Counted from the first letter of the stretch, positions 6,801 to 15,323 are shown. The stretch is DNA of 32,000 nucleotides from Promethearchaeia archaeon (GCA_046497275.1 JAWOFX010000084.1:32941-64940), one strand, 5' to 3'. Notes: generated by a model not told the origin, from the sequence alone. A program made the numbers and translations.

Positions 6801-9067
6801 TATCCCACGTATTTAGGGATTAACTCCTGCAAATATTCCTCAAATTGAGTATAAGAGAGATTTTCAGATATTTTACGAAAGCGTGTATCAATTTTTAAGA
6901 ACGCCTTAAATTCCGTATATGCTGATTTTATATCCGCTTTTGAGAAAACATAATGGGAAATGAAGAATGTTTTTAGTAGTTCTTTTAGGATAGAAGGGTG
7001 TTCGATATAATTTGGAATTATTTGGGTTGTATTTTTCCTTTTATTTTGTATTTTAATAGGAAATCTCTCTTTTGTTTTCTCATAGATTGCTAAAAATTCT
7101 ATAAGATTTTGAAGTTCTTCTTTAGCATCTTGATTCGTATTAAATATCTTTTGTAAATGATTGATTAAACTGCTAGATTGTTTCCGCAGATAATTTCCCA
7201 TAAGCAATTTAAAAGTACCAATAATCCAATACAAATTTCTGCTGTTCATAATTCTGGTTTGATTGGTCATATATTTCACTTGTTCGAAATAAGAGAGCAT
7301 TTTATCAAGATATTCGCTTTTATCTGATACCAGAATTTTTACTTTATTAAGATTATTAAGTTCTTGATGAAGATTTACTCCATCACTCATCAATTGCTCA
7401 TTTAATTTAATTTGCATAATATAATGGGAAAGGTGAGTTTTTAAGTTAATCTTATTTGCTAAGCTCCAAAATGATTTAAAAATCTCTATGGATTTTTGCT
7501 CGATTTCTGGGTAAATCTCAAATAGTGTGCGAGGAATAGATGGAGTATTAAAATTATAATCTAATGAGAATAATTCCTTCCACCTTGGATAATCAGATTC
7601 AGAATCATATTCGTGCGATTTTATCCCAAACCGTTTCGTATAAGAAGATGTTCCTATTATCTTTATCTTGCTGCTGAGATTCCCATTCACATCTAAAAGA
7701 AAAGGATATTCTTCCATCCTCTGCTTGAATATTATTTTTTTTAGTCCCTTTGACAAGATAAGAGAATCTGCGTTTAAATAATGCGCTAAACTAAGATGAT
7801 ATTGTATGTAAAATTTCCAATAATCTTCCTCAGAGAGGCTTAAAGGATCATAAATGGCTAATTTTTTAGGCGTGCATTCCTCATAATAAATCCTTGAAAA
7901 CGCAAGTGTCTTAATAATATTACTAATGGAAGCAATATGCAATAGAAACTCTTTGATAAAATCTGTAAACCCTTTTTCGCTTAAGAACGTGATAATGCTT
8001 GGGGCACATGTATAATTGACAGATCTTTCCTTAACTGAAGCATATAATTCTGGAGGTAATGTATTTTCGTGTTCTTTATAATACTTTAAAAGTGTTAGAA
8101 TAAAGTCTGCGCCTAATACAATCACTTTATTTTTTTCTTTTTCAAGGGTATTTAGATGAATCAATATCTTATCTATATTTTTAAAATCGTGATAATAAAT
8201 ATAGGAATCATCCGAGTTGATCTTAGCAAGATCAAGTACTCTGGTGGGAAACTCTGTTAACAGACTTTTATAAATCTTTTTCATCTTAGGTTTTTTCTTG
8301 CCAAACTTGGATAAATCAAGGTATTTAATTAATTGCTTTGGAGAGATTTTACCAATATAAAGAGATTCCGCTATTTTTTCTAAGGACACAGGAATGATCG
8401 AATCTACATTATTTGATTCACTTTCTGATGTATATATATAAAACTCATACGTATCCGAATCATAGGCCATATCATTCAATCGTATCGGAACAAATTCATC
8501 AAATATTTCTTGAAATGTTTTTATCTTTAAGTCTGGAAATGAATTTCTGTCATTTTTAGTATCATTTTCATTTAGCCCTCTTGTAAGCGAACTCTTCCGT
8601 AACTTACGATAATTTGTTTTAGTAACCTTTTTATACTGTTTTGAAGTAATATACATACCACAATCATGTGAGATTGATAAGATTAAGTGGGAGAGAATAC
8701 AATTTGTCAAGGATGAATCATACAATTTAGAGTGATATAAATTAAGAGAATTAATTTGAAAAGAAAATTGTAAATCCTCACTCTCTTTCCTGATACTCAC
8801 TTCTAAATTTTTTAAACGTGAAAGAAGAGGCATTTGATCTTTTTTATTTGTATTTTGAGCTTGAAGGAGACGTGAGATATAAGAAAATATTGGAGTTGAA
8901 AAAATTAAGGTGACATCATACTTTTTGATAAGATAAGTGATACTTTTAGGAAGAGAATTCTCAATTAAATAAAATTTGATGAGTTTAGTTGTAATATGGG
9001 GTCCTAAGAATATTTTACTATTTCTTAGTGTTGGCTTATTAAAGTTTTGACCTATTTGAGAATACAT
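3812..9067 (-). CDS. 1751-aa multidomain protein: winged-helix segments, retropepsin-like aspartic protease domain, internal repeats, C-terminal HNH-like motif
   Basis: Single uninterrupted ORF. Protease motif: FKITIKGQSLTAFLDSGSFISIMPRKFA...DIMLGLDAI (clan AA D-S-G plus xLG, ~6060-6345). HNH-like motif: ILHHIDFEKYNLDPNNLVYLFRDNH (~4040-4135). HTH-like segments also present. Overall function unknown. Confidence 0.65.
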   Translation of the reverse strand: MYSQIGQNFNKPTLRNSKIFLGPHITTKLIKFYLIENSLPKSITYLIKKYDVTLIFSTPIFSYISRLLQAQNTNKKDQMPLLSRLKNLEVSIRKESEDLQFSFQINSLNLYHSKLYDSSLTNCILSHLILSISHDCGMYITSKQYKKVTKTNYRKLRKSSLTRGLNENDTKNDRNSFPDLKIKTFQEIFDEFVPIRLNDMAYDSDTYEFYIYTSESESNNVDSIIPVSLEKIAESLYIGKISPKQLIKYLDLSKFGKKKPKMKKIYKSLLTEFPTRVLDLAKINSDDSYIYYHDFKNIDKILIHLNTLEKEKNKVIVLGADFILTLLKYYKEHENTLPPELYASVKERSVNYTCAPSIITFLSEKGFTDFIKEFLLHIASISNIIKTLAFSRIYYEECTPKKLAIYDPLSLSEEDYWKFYIQYHLSLAHYLNADSLILSKGLKKIIFKQRMEEYPFLLDVNGNLSSKIKIIGTSSYTKRFGIKSHEYDSESDYPRWKELFSLDYNFNTPSIPRTLFEIYPEIEQKSIEIFKSFWSLANKINLKTHLSHYIMQIKLNEQLMSDGVNLHQELNNLNKVKILVSDKSEYLDKMLSYFEQVKYMTNQTRIMNSRNLYWIIGTFKLLMGNYLRKQSSSLINHLQKIFNTNQDAKEELQNLIEFLAIYEKTKERFPIKIQNKRKNTTQIIPNYIEHPSILKELLKTFFISHYVFSKADIKSAYTEFKAFLKIDTRFRKISENLSYTQFEEYLQELIPKYVGYSEMFGFYYLNKWKDYMHFVRNYYVNEQKKLLFEDIASLFNLNLTQVEVFIYLLFQNGNLFKPKDSNFGALRCFLLTSHNTKHSIKDMKKSLLSCGDIFMPERQLRNYFTIDNRKKSRFLTQPSLWIYSRPNINTAIKCFYASPIGKSLRTDKPFKITIKGQSLTAFLDSGSFISIMPRKFADQFFPEKKRKKITISGVLNISEQGDFISDVEFCVYDQTYTDNFLLKNNMKETFKTDIMLGLDAINKILMRNYGLPFYPLFEKIRQEKDLIIPPSKQLSNIMENMDKESNSKVEGKYIEKGFSRVYVLFAVEDSIEIIKKCYKILESGKYTLKDIESNKESILSNIIKEFGYLFTESRIGVIKKYFQVISHLLFHDRLLPKKHLAKKFSLSRKVLRRITNVLESCGLNLDDKFSISSTFLADDLDSIMEICYKLFCKGIKSISRFKSNDSLIKGIITDTFKYKYNEARKDLVIKCYKFIYYLFNKEGDELYKKDLIEKVGLSEPVIYRFLEYLEKKLNLDFSNRFYVPLQHKLNQFLDSKLDDINNLRYIPTLDRVIKDTGYEDVTSDQIAVWFKARFSDGKISYEYLTDLKKDAGLIKSVPVYEFLDEKLIEIKSYNFIPTVENIIQERPDLNFDTLPSLVNSWLNQNNLPLITELQEKAGLATYKKKLRDLLNPLKEQITNYTFLPTPENIMNITDEFTDFQWLSIYISRWLDKNNIAPNLTEYLYNNGIMSDTRRLEDYLDSKLSEIRKGRYFPTIKNLRKEKDIIGLDIDKLTILNKVRARWFKDRLEVSMNHLIKDLDPSYEDLGYDVQCHGYPAQFKNRKLRIFNAESQIFTLLNKEKLIIFNVSKEFKTLKSLFRYLTNHKQWKFVDMLTGEVFNLQDFNNGDIILHHIDFEKYNLDPNNLVYLFRDNHGFINAADRYDKDLLKFFSNILTENIQKIKNGLVPESWKVSWRRLAIQKGIKIPSNRYIKSVKRARIVKNSSTFIKLDNF
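4400..5200 (-). repeat. Four degenerate ~66-70-aa tandem repeats inside the 1751-aa ORF
   Basis: Aligned cores: FLDSKLDDINNLRYIPTLDRVI / FLDEKLIEIKSYNFIPTVENII / LLNPLKEQITNYTFLPTPENIM / YLDSKLSEIRKGRYFPTIKNLR. Each is followed by a conserved Trp (VWF, SWL, RWL, RWF). Spacing is about 200-210 nt. Confidence 0.75.
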
Positions 9068-9160
9068 TTCTAATTCCTTTTTATGTTTTTAACTATCCAA
9101 AAAATCCAGATCTTTATAAATAAAAAAAATCGCGAAGGGTGCAAAAATATTTTTTATAAT

Positions 9161-9830
9161 ATGAGGCAAGATACATAATAAGTAAGGAACGTCAATTAAA
9201 GGAAATTGGATTGATGGCGGTGGGATTAGGCATATTAAGTTTTATGGTGATCTCGCTTACGGCTCTTTTAATCTCTGTGGGTATAGTTAAAATTCATAAG
9301 TTTTCTCTCGGAAATAATAAAGGGATATCAATAAAAAGTGTAATCGCAATGGATGATACCCTTGGAAAAGATTATGCCCGTTGGTTTATCATTGGGATTC
9401 TCATACAAATTATTATAAGTTATGTGTATGGGAGTTATTTAGGATTTCAATTCAGTATTGGGAATGAATGGTCTTTAAATCTACTCTTTTTGACATTAAA
9501 TGCCGGAATTGCTGAGGAATTATACTTCTCGCTCTTTTTAGGAAGTATACTATTAAGTTTTGGAATAAATAAAGTTCGGGTCCTTTTATCGGGTATTGCG
9601 ATTACGATTAGTTTCGGACTTCTCCGTAATGCGGTCTATGACACTGATCAGAAAAGCGCTTCTGTTTATGATAATATTGAGGATTCTCTATTTTCTTATA
9701 TAATACACAACAAGAAGGGTCTCAGTTCCGATGATGCTACACTCTCTTAATAATTTCCTATTTTTACAAACTATGTTTTTTATATGAAGAAGCAAAAATT
9801 TTTAGATGCAAATTATTGCAAAGGTAGAAG
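9161..9830 (+). pseudogene. Degraded CPBP/Abi (CAAX protease-like) intramembrane metalloprotease
   Basis: GIAEELYF (EExxF motif) lies in track ORF 9211..9750. The expected FGLLH reads FGLLR. After a frameshift near 9650 another frame gives ALLFMIILRILYFLI*YTTRRVSVPMMLHSLNN, which has an in-frame stop followed by the HxxxN motif. The upstream ATG at 9161 is also out of frame. Confidence 0.65.
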
Positions 9831-9947
9831 CAACTATAGAAATTTGTTCTGAGTGTTTGGAAAAAAATATATTACGAACCGAGAAAACCTTCCTTGTTTA
9901 AATTAGATTTTTTTCCTTTAATTAGTTATTTTTAAATAATAAACTAT

Positions 9948-10763
9948 TTATATTGGACAATAATTCTTGTTCTGTTCTTTTCCAGCATCTTTTATCTCGT
10001 CGATTATTGGCTTAAGAGACGCTCCATTATCCTTCAAAATATTTTTTTCTATAAATGTCCCCATTACAACTATATCGGCGCCTGCTTCTACAAATGCTCT
10101 CGCATCCTCTTTATTTTCTATTCCCCCGCCAGTAATAAGTGGTATACATAAAACACGAGATGTAAGTGAAATATGTTCTAAAGGTATTCGATTTCCACCG
10201 GAACCGGCTTCCAGATATACTAATTTGAACCCAAACATTTCTGCGGCTAAAGCATAGGCTGCGCTAATTTTTGGTTTATTTCTAGGAATTAATTTTGCAT
10301 CCCCTATCCATCCAGCACTAGCACCAGGTTCCACAATTAAATATGCCATAGAAATATATTCCAAACCAGACATTTTCACTGTATAACATGCCATTGCCTG
10401 TTGTCCGATAATAAAATAAGGATTCTTCGAATTTAGCAATGACATAAATAATATTGCGTCTGCATTCGCAGAGACACATGAAACACCTCCAGGGAAAATG
10501 ATTAAGGGGATGTCCACTTTTTCCCTAATTGTACAAATAGTTTTATCAACAAAACCTTGATCAAATGCAGTACTTCCACCAATTAAGATAGCATCTGTGC
10601 CCGATTCTTCCGCCAAATATGCCATTTTCGCAGCTTTTTTCGGACTCTGGTTTATCGGATCAGGGTCTATCAGAGAAAAATGCAGGGCACCCTCTTTATT
10701 AATTTTTTCTATTAAATAGTTATAAGTTGAAGTCTCTTTTCCATTTAGTACAGAATTAACCAT
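9948..10763 (-). CDS. Geranylgeranylglyceryl-phosphate (GGGP) synthase
   Basis: LHFSLIDPD, DAILIGGS, IIFPG, FMSLLNS.NPYFIIG, YLEAGSG and GGGI motifs of the archaeal GGGP synthase TIM barrel. ATG 10763 is preferred over the track start 10814, which overlaps the upstream gene. Confidence 0.93.
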   Translation of the reverse strand: MVNSVLNGKETSTYNYLIEKINKEGALHFSLIDPDPINQSPKKAAKMAYLAEESGTDAILIGGSTAFDQGFVDKTICTIREKVDIPLIIFPGGVSCVSANADAILFMSLLNSKNPYFIIGQQAMACYTVKMSGLEYISMAYLIVEPGASAGWIGDAKLIPRNKPKISAAYALAAEMFGFKLVYLEAGSGGNRIPLEHISLTSRVLCIPLITGGGIENKEDARAFVEAGADIVVMGTFIEKNILKDNGASLKPIIDEIKDAGKEQNKNYCPI

Positions 10764-10794
10764 ATTATCACTTGTTAATGATTCTTTTTTATTT

Positions 10795-12186
10795 TTATTT
10801 TTCTTTTGCTTCAATAACCATTCTTTGGATTTTATTATAAATTTCTTTTACTCTATCTTTCCAATCTTCAAAATATGTAACCTTTTTTGGAAATGCTTTG
10901 TAAAGATTGCTAATTTCATTCATGCGTATTCTTAAATAATTCAGATCCAATAAGAGATTTGGTCTTGAAATTCCTTTAAACGCCTTAAACGCCATATCCC
11001 ATAGAGAAAGACTAACTTCTCCTGTTTCTGCGATTTCTAATATTTCTGACGCTGTAAGAATTTCTTTTTCAAGGCCAAAATTCAAATCTGTATTATTTAA
11101 ACTTTGGAGAACCCTCCGAAGTAGATCTAATGCGGCATATTCAGCCCCAAATCCATTCATCACCTTTATATTATAATCCCATAATTTATGAAGAGAAAAG
11201 TCTCCCGCTTCCACAGCTTCAACTGCCGTTTGGGCGGCAAAATATCCTCCTCTCATCGAAGTATCGATTCCCCCTCCATGGAGTGGACTCACTTGACAAG
11301 CTGCATCTCCCACGAACATAATCCCATCATCAGCACAGGACCATATTGGTCGCCGAACAGGTACAACCCCTCCACCGGAGGAAAGTACTTCTACATTAGT
11401 AGTATTGACAAATTCTTTAAATACATGTTCTTTGTAAAAGTCTTTAACTTTTCCCCCATATTTAGGATGAACTCCTAATCCAATGTTTAAGGAATATTTA
11501 CCTTTTGGAAAATACCAAATATATCCACCTGGTGCTTTCTCTTGGTCTAAAATGATTGTAATATACTCTTCATCTTCGACTTCTTGACTACCTCCTGGAA
11601 AATGAATTATTTCTCTATAACATAAGATAGCATCCTCATCGGAAATTTCCTTTTCAATAAGTGGGCTCTCAATCTTTTTGCGCAAGGGAGAATAATAACC
11701 ACTTGCATCGATTGTGATTTTTGCCTTTAAATCCTTTTTTTCTCCATCTTTCGTTTTAATTTTTACTCCTGAAACAAAATCTTTGTCGTAAATCAAGTCT
11801 AAGGCCATTGTATGATCCATAAAGGTATCCACGCCTTCATAAAGCGCTTCTTTAAGTAAACGCTGTCCAAACTCTAAGCGATCTACAATATAACCCGTTT
11901 GCTTGGGATCGATCATTATAACAGATTTTTTGCGATTTGGGGAATATAGTTTCGCTCCCTTAATATCGCACGATTTTTCTTTACCAGAAGGAGGAGAGAT
12001 TTGGAGGAGATCGAAGATTTCTTTTCCAATAGCATCACCGCATATCTTTTTACCTATATCATATCTATCTTTACTATCGATAAGACAAACCTTCAGTCCG
12101 TTTTTCGCAGCAAACCTCGCGGCGGTTGTCCCACCGGTCCCAGCACCAACAACAACAACATCAAATTCAGTTTTTTTAGTTTCCAT
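10795..12186 (-). CDS. Geranylgeranyl reductase / digeranylgeranylglycerophospholipid reductase (FAD-dependent)
   Basis: VVVGAGTGG dinucleotide fold, GKKICGDA, GGYIWYFPKG, VGDAACQVSPLHGGGI; co-oriented with GGGP synthase. Confidence 0.88.
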   Translation of the reverse strand: METKKTEFDVVVVGAGTGGTTAARFAAKNGLKVCLIDSKDRYDIGKKICGDAIGKEIFDLLQISPPSGKEKSCDIKGAKLYSPNRKKSVIMIDPKQTGYIVDRLEFGQRLLKEALYEGVDTFMDHTMALDLIYDKDFVSGVKIKTKDGEKKDLKAKITIDASGYYSPLRKKIESPLIEKEISDEDAILCYREIIHFPGGSQEVEDEEYITIILDQEKAPGGYIWYFPKGKYSLNIGLGVHPKYGGKVKDFYKEHVFKEFVNTTNVEVLSSGGGVVPVRRPIWSCADDGIMFVGDAACQVSPLHGGGIDTSMRGGYFAAQTAVEAVEAGDFSLHKLWDYNIKVMNGFGAEYAALDLLRRVLQSLNNTDLNFGLEKEILTASEILEIAETGEVSLSLWDMAFKAFKGISRPNLLLDLNYLRIRMNEISNLYKAFPKKVTYFEDWKDRVKEIYNKIQRMVIEAKEK

Positions 12187-12252
12187 TTGAATAATCCTAG
12201 GTTTTACATTTATTTATGTAAAGTATCATCTGAAATAAAATTTAAAATTTCT

Positions 12253-13008
12253 CTAAAGTAATGTAGGAACATATGCTAATAACCAAATTATTAAAGTCGT
12301 AGATATTGGTACAGTAAGATCATCATAAGTTGATGGCGATATAAGTTCGATCAGAGTTGCGAGTACACTGGTTATTATTGAATACAGAAATACTAAATCT
12401 AATCTTAAGGTTATTTGTGTATCACACGGAAGATACCCAAATATGAAAAACGTTCCAAAGCAGAGAATGAACGCGGAAACAAAAAAGACGAGAGAGCCTT
12501 CAAGCGTCCTTATCGTGCCCGTATATTTTAAATTGATGTTATGTTTTCCATATTTCTTTCCGAATATGGACGCGAGTGTATCAGAAATAATCATAATTAG
12601 AATGCCCGCAATTGGAAAATATAAGCGAGTTGAATCGATTAACACAAATAGAGTAATTAAAAACGTTATTGACAAACAATAATGAAATGGTCCCTCTAAG
12701 AATCCAACTTTGCTCTCTGCTTCTTCTCCTATTGAATCATAAAGTTCCTTCAATTTCTTTACTTTACTATCTTTTGAGCTAAAAAGGGTAACTACTGTGA
12801 GCGTCCCCGCGATAAATACCGCAAACCAAGGCCAATTGAAATATGGAGTAGTAAGAACTGATAAACCGGCAAATAAATGAACTATTTTTCTTGCTTGAAA
12901 TTTCGTGATTTTATCTCGTTTCTTCAATTGGATTGGTATAATAATTGTCATTCCTACATATAAGAAAGCTATTAATACCAACAATAAATCGAATAATATT
13001 AAATCCAT
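12253..13008 (-). CDS. Dolichol/phytol kinase-like CTP-dependent membrane kinase
   Basis: ARKIVHLFAG, ISDTLASIFGKKYG, RTLEGSLVFF and TYDDLTVP motifs with about 7 TM segments. Confidence 0.8.
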   Translation of the reverse strand: MDLILFDLLLVLIAFLYVGMTIIIPIQLKKRDKITKFQARKIVHLFAGLSVLTTPYFNWPWFAVFIAGTLTVVTLFSSKDSKVKKLKELYDSIGEEAESKVGFLEGPFHYCLSITFLITLFVLIDSTRLYFPIAGILIMIISDTLASIFGKKYGKHNINLKYTGTIRTLEGSLVFFVSAFILCFGTFFIFGYLPCDTQITLRLDLVFLYSIITSVLATLIELISPSTYDDLTVPISTTLIIWLLAYVPTLL

Positions 13009-13188
13009 GATATTGGGTAAAGAATTCTTTTTTAAAAAAAATAAATCCTACTAATTATAAGATGAAACATAATTTTATTTGTTATATTAGATCTGACTTT
13101 TGCTAACTTTCAAAATATTAATTATATGGAGGATTAATATGACACAATTTGAAAGTTTATTGAGCGAAACTGAGCGAAACTATATAAA

Positions 13189-14424
13189 TTATTGCATATA
13201 ATTATATTTGTTAAATCCCCGTTTTTTCAATTTTTTTATAGACTCTGGAAGTGTCAAAAATTGATTACCATTTAAAAATAACTCTCTGAGTGATTTTAGA
13301 TTTTCGATTGATTCTGGAAGTTTAGTAAGATTATTATATCTTAAGTCTAGAGATTCTAATGATTCTAAATTACCAATCGATTCTGGAAGTGAAGTAAGAT
13401 TATTTGAACTTAGATACAACTCTTTGAGAGCTTTTAGGTTTCCAATTGAATCTGGAAGTTTAGTAAGATCATTTTTATCCAAATCTAACCATTCAAGAGA
13501 GATAAGATTTCATATGGATTTTGGAAGAGTAGTGAGCTTATTAGCCATTAAATCCAATCTTTCAAGAGCGCTAAGATTTCCAATTGAGTCTGGGAGTGTT
13601 TTAAGATTCATAAATCTTAAATTTAATACTAAGAGTGATTCTAACTTGCCAATTGAATCTGGAAGAAGCATTGATTTATTAAACATTAAATTTAAAATTC
13701 TTAACTTGTGAAGTTTACTGATCGTCTCTGGAAGTGTGGTTAATTTATTAGCTGCTAAATTTAAATAATCGAGGGAATTAAGATTACCTATTGATTCTGG
13801 AACTTCTCTTAATATATTGCCCTGTAAATACAACTCAAGTAGCGAGGTAAGATTTCCAATCGATTTTGGAAGTTTATTAAGATTATTTGAATTTAGATAT
13901 AACTCTGTGAGAGACTTTAGATTTCCAACTGATTCTGGCAAATGGGTAAGATTGTTTTGACCTACATGAAGATTTTCAAGGGAGGGGAGATTGCCTATTG
14001 ATTCTGGAACTTCTCTTAATAAATTGCCTTGTAAATACAAATCAAGCAGCGAAGTAAGATTACCTACTGATTCTGGGATGAAGATAAGCTTATTAGAATT
14101 TAAACTTAATCTCTCCAATGAGTTTAGATTTCCAATTGATTCGGGCAGATGGGTAAGATTGTTTTGACTTACATGAAGATTTTCAAGGGAAGTGAGATTG
14201 CTTATGGATTCCGGCAGATCTGATAACCCGCATTCATTAAGATTGAGTCCCGAAACCCTATTATTTGATACGCTGAATCCATAGGTAAAAAACATAGATT
14301 CCCAATCTCCACACACATGAACAAGTTTTTTACCGATGAGAGATTCAATCTCTCTGAGTACATCCATCTCTTTTTTAATAAGGTCTACTTCTCGAAGTTC
14401 TATAATCTCAGAGTGCTTATTCAT
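13189..14424 (-). pseudogene. Leucine-rich repeat protein (23-aa LxxLxLxxNxLxxLPxSIGNL repeats), interrupted by one in-frame TGA
   Basis: Track ORFs 13510..14424 and 13189..13482 are in the same frame: ...LPKSI-TGA-NLISLEWLDLDKNDL... The TGA (13512-13510) sits at the conserved Gly of SIGNL. A full read-through product would be 411 aa. Confidence 0.85.
13774..14187 (-). repeat. Tandem duplication of a 3-LRR (207-nt) block
   Basis: aa 80-148 (LENLHVSQNNLTHLPESIGNL...LYLQGNLLREVPESIGNLPS) and aa 149-217 (LENLHVGQNNLTHLPESVGNL...LYLQGNILREVPESIGNLNS) are near-identical at repeats 1 and 3, also at the DNA level. Confidence 0.85.
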
Positions 14425-14532
14425 TCCATCATTCCCGATTTTCTTTGAATTGATTAATTTAATTCCATCTTATGGTAGAATATTTAAAAAAAAGATAAAG
14501 GTTTATTTAAATATAAGCCCTCACCCTCTTTT

Positions 14533-15234
14533 TTAAATAGCGCCTGCAAATACCTTGGTACTAGCAATAGCAGTTACATAGGAACCAAGCCATGGCTTAC
14601 ATCACAACAATAGCAAGCCCAATGGATAACCAATTTGCTAGTAAATCACCAGTTTTAGGAGGACATGGTTCTAAAAGTTTTTCGATGGTTTCGCCATCAT
14701 TACACTCAAGATCTTGAACCCTATCAATTACCCAATTCAAAGCAGCTGCGCAATAATCAATGGCAAAACTTGAAACATGCTCTAAAGTAGGAAAAGATTC
14801 TCTTTCTTCTTCGTAGATATTTTCTGGTGTCACAGGCCAATGAGTTCTCCAATCATCTTGAATAATAGCACCTAAATCTTCATTTAACCAGTTAGTGCCC
14901 TTATACATCTTTTTTCGCCGCCTAAAATATTACTCATTTCATAAGCATCATAATAACTTTCGCTTCCATAGTAAGCCTCTATCGCGAGCGGAATTGTTAA
15001 AGATTCTGGATTTCCATAATATAAAAGCTCTGGTCGAATGAATAATGGATTTGTATCTTTAAAAAACCAGTGACGATTCTCCTTAGCCCATTAAGTTTTT
15101 AATGTTGGATGAACATATTTTTTTCCATCCGTTCTTGAATTCACGGGGCCTTCCATAGCTTCGCCCCACATTTTAGCACCTTGGTAGACCTTTGAATTAA
15201 CAGTGTGACCAAATTGAGCTACATCTGAGCTATC
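14533..15234 (-). pseudogene. Decayed remnant of an unidentified gene
   Basis: Coding-like sequence upstream of track ORF 14597..14908: ...YVHPTLKT*WAKENRHWFFKDTNPLFIRPELLYYG... with a stop at 15093-15091. A frameshift in the A6 run at 14910-14915 joins it to MYKGTNW..., and a second shift leads to PWLGSYVTAIASTKVFAGAI* (stop 14535-14533). No start or family recognised. Confidence 0.5.
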
Positions 15235-15323
15235 TTAACCTAAATTGAACTTATCAACTTAAATGATAAAATAATATCATTTATATCTGGCAACCTTAAA
15301 ATATTAATTATCGAATTAAGTTT

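Noticed and set aside
9640-9670. Small hairpin CAGAA-AAGCGC-TTCTG at the CPBP frameshift as a second intron
   Set aside because: There is no 3-4-3 geometry, motif spacing shows no excess sequence, and further lesions (stop, His-to-Arg) indicate ordinary decay.
3740-9945. Calling the accessory block a transposon or integrated element
   Set aside because: There is no transposase or integrase, and no convincing terminal or target-site repeats; the only similarities are poly-A/T tracts.
12203-12222. TTTACAT-N6-ATGTAAA inverted repeat upstream of GGR
   Set aside because: 7-bp AT-rich arms are expected by chance at this base composition, and no second copy was found.
13510-13512. Selenocysteine at the LRR TGA
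   Set aside because: The position is a structural Gly in every other repeat and is one substitution from GGA. I saw no SECIS-like hairpin in the 3' flank.
13300-14230. Regularly spaced GATTCTGG-type DNA repeats resembling a CRISPR array
   Set aside because: The 69-nt period and continuous reading frame show they are the antisense of LRR codons (LPES), not repeat-spacer units.
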